A stretch of DNA of 64,000 nt from Eledone cirrhosa. Its lineage: Eukaryota. Made by a program: the position numbers and the translations under genes. The DNA is taken from contig OZ024757.1 in NCBI GenBank assembly GCA_964016885.1, forward strand, positions 9,858,001 through 9,922,000, in the 5' to 3' direction. The notes beneath the pieces are model-generated. The model had not been told where the DNA came from. It searched no databases and worked only from the letters and a program-made list of their open reading frames with translations. This document shows, one piece after another, positions 11,401 through 19,727 of the stretch (position 1 is its first letter; each line of letters starts with the position of its first letter).

Positions 11401-12202
11401 GAACACAGATAAACAAACAAACACACAGGCAGAAAAGACCCCAAAAATGAATAAGCATAAGTTTCATTGTAATGTAGTGTTCGAATGTCTGACTTAGTTT
11501 GTCCCCCCTCTTCTCTGTCCGTCCGCTTGTTCCTCTCTTCATTCTTATTTTCTTTACGTTTTTTTTTTTTTTTTTCTCTGTTTGTTTTTGCTGTGCTGCT
11601 TTGGTTTTGTTGTTTGTTTTTTCTTTTTTCTTTTGAGTCTTTTTATATATTTTGATGCCTTCCTCTTTTTTAGTAGTAGGGATTCTATAATGTGGTGGCA
11701 GCAGCCAGCTGGGTAAAGTGGGTGACAGTAGCGGCGGTAGCGATACTGAGACAGTGGTTGTGGTGATGTCGATACCGAGGCAGTTGTGGTGGTGTTGTGA
11801 TCGTATTACTGTAGTGATGGTGTTGTAGCGGTGGCAGCAATGAAGGAGTGGTGGCGGCGGTGATGGGATAGTGGTGGTAATGATGGCAGCAGTGAGTGGT
11901 GGTGGTGAAATTGAAATGGCTGTTCTATATAGTGTAGACAGAGGAGGGGGGGGGGGTTTCTTCTTCCATTTATAGCCATTTTCTTTTTTGGATATACAAT
12001 GTACAATACAAAGTTGAATATTTGAATATTTGAGCCTTATAACAATATATTTTGGGTCCGAATTTTTGGGGGCTCAAGCCGGATGCTTTACGTAGCATTT
12101 GTACTAAGAGTTGTTATTTCACAAATGATTTAAATATGTTAAAAATTCAAAACTTACGGGAGCGATTTCATGACCTTCCACCACCTCGTGCGTCTTCTTC
12201 CC
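8486..12202 (-). mobile_element. R4/Dong-like family A, copy A3 (retains N-terminus and 5' leader; RT core deleted; small 3' deletion)
   Basis: N-terminal RTNWTKEMNRTVMQCYLKSNPKERGYR (11047-11253), PWWKKRL, WKSPGPDGVQGYWIK, then a jump to post-RT sequence, CCHC and RLE. The 5' boundary is inferred from the TTA run at 12203. Confidence 0.8.
8512..11253 (-). pseudogene. A3 single ORF, broken and lacking the RT core
   Basis: Fragments 11047-11253, 10387-11043, 9842-10300, 8914-9651 and 8512-8910. There is no QGD or MDD motif between LTKGTTVLIMQ and ICMQFG. Confidence 0.82.

Positions 12203-12262
<60 letters not shown>
12203..12262. repeat. (TTA)n microsatellite, about 20 units
   Basis: Pure TTA run. 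Confidence 0.97.
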
Positions 12263-12263
<1 letters not shown>

Positions 12264-12536
12264 GGCGGCATTATCGGTAGAGGGTCGGACGCTATGCTTT
12301 GAGGTATAGAGTTACGGCCATTGCCATTCTGAGTTCCAATCCCGCCGAGGTTAACTTTGCCTTTCATCCTTACGGGGTCGATAAAATAAAGTACCAGTAA
12401 TACACTGGTTAATTTCTGGCCTTGTGCCTAAGTTATCCCGCCGAGGTTAACTTTGCCTTTCAACCTTCCAGGGTCGATAGAATAAAGTACCAGTAATGCA
12501 TTGATAGTTGCTGGCCTTGTGCCAAAAGTAGAAACC
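12263..12536 (+). mobile_element. tRNA-headed SINE with a duplicated central domain (Meta-domain-like) and a (TTA)n tail
   Basis: A-box-like TGGCGGCATTATCGG at 12263 and B-box GTTCCAATC at 12333-12341. The body ATCCCGCCGAGGTTAACTTTGCCTTTCA...GGGTCGATA.AATAAAGTACCAGT occurs twice (12339, 12435). Similarity to the MetaSINE core is recalled, not searched. Confidence 0.75.
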
Positions 12537-12558
12537 ATTATTATTATTATTATTATTA
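12537..12558. repeat. (TTA)n run: tail of the SINE (+) and tail of R4 family B (-)
   Basis: attattattattattattatta. Confidence 0.93.
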
Positions 12559-12702
12559 CAGTTCCATTTATCTTGCTTTATGTTCATACGAGTTATCACC
12601 AAGTCACAACCAGTGACCTCAAGAGACAACAAGGTCCGCCATGTTCAAGAAAGAACATACATATTCACACATGCATCTTTAGTGTTTAGACTTGTGATGT
12701 AC

Positions 12703-15700
12703 TTATATTGACAGAATCTTCCTTAGTATATGGGCAGTTCCCATTAGTACTATCTTTTGTATTTCTCCTATACGCGGGTTTCCTGGGATTTGCGATAAGT
12801 AATCATTAGACCCCTTAGGTATCATTCCCAGAGCGCCTACAACCACTGGTATTGTTTTAGTTCTCAATTTCCACATTTTTCCAATTTCTATCTCCAGGTC
12901 CTTATACTTGCTCAATTTTTCAAATGTTTTTATAGATACATTCTTGTCTATTGGAACAGACATATCAATTAGCAGGCATACCCTCTTTTGAAAGTCCTTC
13001 AATATTATATCAGGTCTATTTGCATCTATTTTTCAGTCTGTTTGGATGCTAAAGTTCCACAAGATTGAGATGTGATCTTTTTCAAGTATGGGAGGTGGTT
13101 GATGCTCCCACCAATTCTTTTGATGGGGCAGGTCAAAATGCTTACACATTATCCAATGTATGTATTGTGCAGCTCTGTCATGCCTGTTTAGGTATTCGGT
13201 TGGAGCTATAGGACTGCACATTGAAATTATATGGTCAATGGTCTCTGGTTGTTTTTTGCATACACGGCATAATGGGCTGCACCCATTTTTTATTATGTTG
13301 GCTTGGTAATTTTTTGTTGGCAGACACTGATCTTGTGCCGATATAATCAGTCCTTCAGTCTCCGATTTCAGTCCAGAGGATGCCAACCACTGATGGGTTA
13401 AAGTTTTGTCAACATCAGGATTGTTAGCTTGCTCTGGGTATTTTCCATACAGAGGCTTTTATTGCCATTTCTTAGCCAGTTTCTGTAGCAGTTCTTTCTT
13501 TGCAGTTACTTTTACCTGCTTTGCTTTTTCTGTGTTTTCCATTTCAGCAGTAAATGGGACTTCTGAAATTTGTAGTCCATTACTGTATCTTTGTGCATCT
13601 TTTGTAATGGAATATGATCTTTTGATGCTTTCGTGTTTCAAAATGAGTTTGATCATCCAATCATGTGATTCCCTTAGATATGTAGATAATCCAATTGTTG
13701 CAGTTTTCAACGCAATGTCTAACTGGATTAACCCAGGTCCTCCTTCTTTCCTAGGGAGATATATTCTATCTATGTCTGCCTTAGGGTGATGCATTCTGTG
13801 CATGGTTAAGAATTTTCGAATTTTTGTATCGAGCCTACGGATCTCTGCGCTTGACCAGTTGATGACATTGTAACTGTAGGTTACTACTGGTATGGCAAGC
13901 GTGTTTATGGCATCGATCCTATTCCTTGCATTCAATTCCGTTCTTAAGATTACTCTTACTCTGCGATAACATTCCTTCCTTATCCTTTCACTCATTGTCG
14001 AGTGCTTGATTCCGTCTCCTTCACAAACACCTAGATATTTGTAAGTTTTTTCTTGATCAAGTTCTCTTATCACGTTCCCCCGATCAAGATTAATGTCTGA
14101 ACTCTTCAGCAGCTTTCCTCTGGTGAACGTTGCTTTGGCGCATTTATCTAGTCCAAACTCCATTTTAATGTCATCACTGAACTGCTTCACAGTGGATAAT
14201 AGCCCTTGCAATCGTTCATCATTTTTTGCAAATAGTTTCAGGTCATCCATGTAGAACAGGTGATTAATGGTTTTGTCATAGACTTTATATCCATGTTTTG
14301 TTTCATTGAGCATTTTACTTAATGGTATAAGTGCGATGCAGAATAAAAGCGGTGATAAAGAGTCACCCTGAAAAATTCCACAATTAATATTAACTTCTCC
14401 AGCTTCCAGTGATTTTGTTTCACTATTCAAAAATAGTGTTGTTTTCCATGTCTTCATACTGAATGACAAAAACCTCCTGACAATGGGAAATATTTTGAAA
14501 ATCTCTAAACATTTTTCAATCCAACTGTGTGGCAAACTATCGAATGCTTTTTTATAATCTATCCAAGCAATCGATAGATTTTTGTGTCTATTATGACAAT
14601 CTTCCAGTATCATTTTGTTAACCAGAAGCTGATCCTTACAGCCATATGAGCCTCGTTTACACCCTTTCTGCTCAATGGGAAATAGGTCATTTGTTATCAG
14701 GTGGTCATATGTGTATTCAGTTAGGACTGATGTTAACATTTTATACATTGTGGTCAAGCAAGTTATCGGTCTGTAATTTTTGGGATTGTTTGTCTCATCA
14801 TTCTTCGGAAGCAGGAATGTAATGCCGTTAACTAGCCATGATGGTATCTTTTCTGGCTCCTTAACTATTTTATTGTAAAGTTGGGCTAACAGCTCATGAG
14901 ACTCTGTGAAGGCATTTATCCAAAAGTTTTGTATTTTGTCTTTTCCTGGGGATTTCCATTTGCTGGTTTTTCTTAGAGCCAAGCGCAGCTGTTCAACTGT
15001 TATATTTTCCCATATTTTTTCCTCAAGGTGAGCTGTATCTTTCATTTGTCTGTCTATCCATGGGGCATGTATATTATGAACTTTTTCTTCGGCCCAGATC
15101 TTTTCCCAGAATGTTTGCACTTCCTCCTTGGGTGTTATTGATTTAGCAGTTATTGTTGACTTACCAATTTTTCTGTAGAAGTTTCTTTGGTTGTTTTTGA
15201 ACATATTATTGTCCTTATAGAATCTAGATCGTTTTTCAAAGCGCCTTATACGAGCAGCTTTGGCCGACAATTTTTGCTTGATTATGTCTATCAGCATGTC
15301 TTTGTCACTTGTTGATTTTATACTGTACTTCTTTTTCAATTTTCTAAGTTTAGTTTGTTTAACCTACTTTATAGTTTGTTAAAATTTCTATGTCAGATCG
15401 GAGAAGGTTTATTTGGCGATTGAATTCCTTTGTTTTTTCATTTTCACTCCACATAAGTGAGTGGTGACTTTAGCCGATGCATAATAGAGATGATTTAAAT
15501 CAGTAATGTTTAGTTTGTTTGTGATGATAATGTTTTTGAGAATTATGTTAGTCTTGTGTATTATCGTTTGGTTCTGTTTGGAGTTCTGGATCTTAGGGAG
15601 GGTGTCCCGTTGCCCCATGTCAGATTCTTCCATTTTCGTCCATTCGATCATAATTTCATCCTTCAAGTTGACAAGTTCATTCTCATTCATTTCTTTATCA

Positions 15701-16315
15701 TTTACGATCTCATTATTTTCATTTGGTGTTTCATCTTGAGCATGCAGTCCCTCCACTTTTTCGATCCTTTCTTTAATTTGTTCTGTTGCCAGTGATTCCG
15801 CTCCAACCCTGGGATTCGAAGTGTTACAATTTACCTCGTTTTCACTGACACATGTTTCATTTTCCCTTCGCTGACTTTGTGCTAATAGCTTGATCTGATC
15901 AATTTCTATATCAGTTAGTAACTTTTTTCTTACAATATTCTTCGTATATTGGCTAGTTTGTTACTGTCAATATAGCCTCTGTTTTCGGGATTTTTCTTTT
16001 TCCAGTTGATATATATGTCTGTTCTGTATTCGATGTATTTGATGGGTAGTACATGGCAGTGTAGAAAGCCTCAAGGCCTTCTTTATTATCTTCCCTTGAC
16101 CATTTTTCTCTCTTTTTCTTTGGATTTCTTGGTGGTGAGCATGGAGGGCCAACAGTAGGAGTATTCCGGTTATGGGAGGTCTCCAGCTCCGAAGTGATGG
16201 GAAGGTTTGAACCATTAGCTGATTTTTCGACCCCAGTCTGGTTCCTCTCTGAGGGACGCGGCCCTTTTTTACCCGGGTGACGGCCGATCCGGTATGAGAT
16301 TTTATCATTAGACAT
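12703..16315 (-). pseudogene. Family B ORF (RT, CCHC, RLE) with stops and frameshifts; RT segment open at 13459-15339 (626 aa)
   Basis: ORF fragments 15953-16315, 15409-15756, 13459-15339, 13033-13386 and 12703-13002 are in domain order. Confidence 0.88.
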
Positions 16316-16559
16316 TTACTTTATTTTGTCGCGTGTTATTCTTATCCGCCAAGGGGTAATCATTTCGTGTTACCACTTCTAGAACGAGTGTCAACCAAGT
16401 CTAGAGGGGTCGTTCTCCCCTAGAGACTCAGCTATTCCCCGCCGGCCGCCATCTCGATATTTCTTGGTCACGGGGTTTTCTTTCTGTTGTTTTGTTTTTT
16501 TAAATTGTTAATATCATGAGTGGTTCCTTAATGTGTGCATTGCGTGGCTTAAGAATGAA

Positions 16560-16620
16560 ATTATTAATAATTGTCTCCACTCCAGGTACAAGGCCAGCAA
16601 TCACCCAGTGCATTACAATA
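16560..16620 (-). mobile_element. Degenerate 3' fragment of the same SINE family
   Basis: The reverse complement gtaatgcactgggtgattgctggccttgtacctggagtggagacaattatt resembles 12493-12543 (gtaatgcattgatagttgctggccttgtgccaaaagtagaaaccattatt). Confidence 0.55.
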
Positions 16621-17351
16621 ATATAATATACTTTTTGTTGAAGTTTCCTGTTATTGTTGTTGGCTATGTCGGTGGTGGTGCTGGGGCTTTTTATATTGTT
16701 GGTGAGGAAGGGGTGAGCCAGCAGTGCCATAGTTGTTGATGTTGACGTTTGGCCGGTGGCCAGGTCACTAAGTCAATCTATTTATATATTTTGCTAGCCT
16801 CTCTCTTGTCTAGTGATACCGCCACCTTCCCCTTTCTCTCTCAAGTTAACAGGGGAATAGTGGTGGTAGCAATGAAGGAGTGGTGGCGGCGGTGATGGGA
16901 TAGTGGTAGCAATGATGGATGGAGTGGTGGCGGCGGTGGCGTTGTCGTTACTGAGTTTTGTGATATGTAGTATCTATGACTTTGTGTCGCGTATGTTTAA
17001 TATATATTGTGTTGACATATTCCCGTTAAATTGGAATTAAACATTTTGTTAAAACTTGAGACAATAATAATAGTAATTATTATTATGATGCTGGGATTGG
17101 TGGTGGTGGTGGTGAAATTGCCGTTATCTGGCTGTTATATTTAGTGTGATGGGGTAGGTGGTGCATGAAGTTTCTGGTGTTGGTGAAATTGCTGTTATTT
17201 GGCTGTTCTATATAGTGTAGACAGAGGGTGTTTTCTTCCATTTATAGCCATTTTCTTTTTTGAATACAAAATATATAATACAAAATTGAATATTTGAGCG
17301 ATATAACAATATAATATGGATCCGAAATTTTATGGGACTTGATTCGGTGGT

Positions 17352-17374
17352 TTATTATTATTATTATTATTATT
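17352..17374. repeat. (TTA)n spacer at the head-to-head junction of R4-B and T2
   Basis: Pure TTA run. Confidence 0.95.
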
Positions 17375-17589
17375 GAATGCCATGGTTGACGGAGGCTCGG
17401 CTCTGTAAGGTATAGTAATTTTTAACCGTTAAAACAATTGTAAATTGTTTAAAACTTGAACCAAATTGTTAATAAAGACACCCTCCTCCTCGTGAGAGGG
17501 GTCTTTCTGTCCGTTATTTGGCCCTTCGGGGTTAAATAACCAGTTATTGGGGTTTTGTACCCAATATTCATTTTAAACAAAAAAACAAC

Positions 17590-19692
17590 ATGGCTACGAA
17601 AAAGAAATTTCATACGTCACTCCCACTCATTCCGTCTTCTTCTTCCTCAATCATCACTACAGCAGAGAGAAGATTGTCTCTCTCCCTCCCTTCTTTAAAT
17701 GTGTCTCTCTCCCTCCCTTCTCTTTCGCAAGTGACGAAAGAAAAGAAAAGTCTCGTGCAAAGCGTGCAAGGTTTCTCCACGACGACGACAACAGCGACGA
17801 AACAGGTGTGCGGGAAATACGAAAACCCAGTTCATTCGTCTGATGTCAGGAATAATAGCAGTAGCAGCCGTAATAACAACAGCAACAGTGACAATGAAAA
17901 CAACAGTAGCAGCCGCAACAGCATCACCAGCAGCATAAACAACAACAGCATTAGCAGCAGCAACACCAACAACAACCACAGCAACAGCGGCGGAAGCAGT
18001 AGTCGTAGTACCTGCAGCAACAACAAAAGTACCAGCAGCTCTGACGACAACAACAACAGCAGCAGCAGAGAAAAACCAATCTCATTTGCAGGTATTGCGA
18101 AAAACTTAGAAACAATCCTCATAACAAATGAGGGATTAGAGGAAGCGAAGAAGATGGTGACAAAGACTGGACACCGAGCAATCTGCAAGGCAGCGGAAAA
18201 ATTTTTCGAAACCCAAGAGCACTGTACGGTCACGTACCGTACAGTAAGTACAAAATCCCGTAGGGTGGAAAGAGCCACAGAGGCCCAAATACAAAAAGCC
18301 TTGGGGTCTGTGTGGCAGCGGAAAACGCACATCACCCGAGGCAAAAAATATGCCACCGTAGACGTACTTTTTGCCACACCCCAGGAGGCAAAGGCCCAAT
18401 CAGTAGCGACCCTAAGGAGCGAGGAAATGGTGTTGGTGCCCTCCTACTGTGGGCAAAAAATTGTGAGGGTCAAACTGACCCACGTCCTCCCCGGAATGGC
18501 CCCTTCTTGGCTGGCCGCGTCTGTCCTCGTCGGAATCGAGGACAAAACAACTGTAGTGCAAGTACAGAAAAAAGTAAGAGAAGATTGGGTAGGCACCTCC
18601 ATTGAGATGCTAATCCAAACCAACCAGGAGTGCATGGAAGCTATCCCGGATGTGATAGACTTCGATAACGGCACTCAACTGCCCATAAGTGTTGAGGGCA
18701 AACGCCCGAAATGCTTTCGCTGTGGATCGAAGACTCACCTCAGGGCCTTCTGCAACGAGAAGACCCTGAGAAAGGAGAAAACCCCCCTCCTTCCGAATCC
18801 GGCTCCACGGCTACCAGCAACAGGACAAGCGGCAACCAGGAACGATAGGTCCGTGGCACCCATACCCACTCCACGGAAATCAAAAACAGCAGCAGCAGTG
18901 GAAATATTAACAACAACAACAGCAATACCAAATGCAGCTGCAACAGAGACTCCACTGCAAACATCACCAACAACAACAAGTGAAAGAGTGGAGCTGGTAC
19001 TCCTCCCCGACCTCACAGAATCAGACATGGAGTGTGAGGTGGGAGAGGGATGGCAAAAGGTCGTAAGAAGGCACAAACGCAGAAGCAGCGCATCGTCGCC
19101 TTTGAAAAGGGAGGAAAGAAATGAGAAAAGGGTAAATTCTACTGCAAAGAGACCCACAGCAGCAACACCACCAACACCATCACCACCCACACTAGCACCA
19201 CCATCACCACCGGCGACAACCCCACCGCCAACAACACCTTCAACACCACCACCACAAGCACCAACATCGCAAACACAACAACAAAACACACACACCCAGC
19301 AACAACGACAAGAAAATAGCAGAACCACACCCCACCCCCAGAAAAACAAATGCACGGCAATAAATACACTCAACAAGAAACTAATGACTTACATAATTGA
19401 ACACACAGACATTTCACAACACGACTACATAATACCAGCACCAATCAAAACGCCAACTAACATAAGACTGCTAAAAATAGCACAGAAACAATACACAAAC
19501 ATTAAAACGAAATTCCCCAACGCAGTTGGTGATTTCAGGGACCTAGGAGGAACCATCAATCGAAGAGTATATTCACACATTCTCTTAGAAGAGCCGACGA
19601 CCAGCCGAAGGGACGATTCAACGGTCCCTTCACCAGACGATCAAGTGAAAAGGGATGTAAAAACCATCCCTCCTCTACCAAATGTACGGTAA
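17590..19692 (+). CDS. T2 ORF1, 700 aa gag-like protein with an Asn/Ser-rich N-terminal tract, a CX2CX4HX4C knuckle and a Pro/Thr-rich linker
   Basis: Uninterrupted ORF containing CFRCGSKTHLRAFC, located upstream of the APE-RT ORF. Confidence 0.88.
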   Translation: MATKKKFHTSLPLIPSSSSSIITTAERRLSLSLPSLNVSLSLPSLSQVTKEKKSLVQSVQGFSTTTTTATKQVCGKYENPVHSSDVRNNSSSSRNNNSNSDNENNSSSRNSITSSINNNSISSSNTNNNHSNSGGSSSRSTCSNNKSTSSSDDNNNSSSREKPISFAGIAKNLETILITNEGLEEAKKMVTKTGHRAICKAAEKFFETQEHCTVTYRTVSTKSRRVERATEAQIQKALGSVWQRKTHITRGKKYATVDVLFATPQEAKAQSVATLRSEEMVLVPSYCGQKIVRVKLTHVLPGMAPSWLAASVLVGIEDKTTVVQVQKKVREDWVGTSIEMLIQTNQECMEAIPDVIDFDNGTQLPISVEGKRPKCFRCGSKTHLRAFCNEKTLRKEKTPLLPNPAPRLPATGQAATRNDRSVAPIPTPRKSKTAAAVEILTTTTAIPNAAATETPLQTSPTTTSERVELVLLPDLTESDMECEVGEGWQKVVRRHKRRSSASSPLKREERNEKRVNSTAKRPTAATPPTPSPPTLAPPSPPATTPPPTTPSTPPPQAPTSQTQQQNTHTQQQRQENSRTTPHPQKNKCTAINTLNKKLMTYIIEHTDISQHDYIIPAPIKTPTNIRLLKIAQKQYTNIKTKFPNAVGDFRDLGGTINRRVYSHILLEEPTTSRRDDSTVPSPDDQVKRDVKTIPPLPNVR

Positions 19693-19727
19693 GTGGTCTT
19701 TCCCATCTTTTACACTCTATTTTAAAC

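Larger units (their letters stand above)
12559..17351 (-). mobile_element. R4/Dong-like RLE non-LTR retrotransposon, family B (near full length, divergent from family A)
   Basis: REKWSREDNKE N-terminus, WKSPGKDKI, NYRPITCL, WIDYKKAFD, FQGDSLSP, YMDD, CRVCKKQPETIDHIISMC and PDII...IDMSVP...EK..KY. The extent of 16500-17351 within the element is uncertain. Confidence 0.85.

Noticed and set aside
11315-11542. 75-aa minus-strand ORF and a splice-acceptor-like tract (TGTTCGTCTACAG) in the A3 leader
   Set aside because: It has no recognisable domain, is single copy in the window, and has no matching donor or other support.
12052-12309. ORF with a poly-Ile run, and similar poly-Leu/poly-Asn ORFs at 1270, 23269, 29051 and 36551
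   Set aside because: They are translations of (TTA)n microsatellites.
12263-12345. tRNA gene
   Set aside because: It has A- and B-box-like motifs only, with no cloverleaf, and continues into a SINE body.
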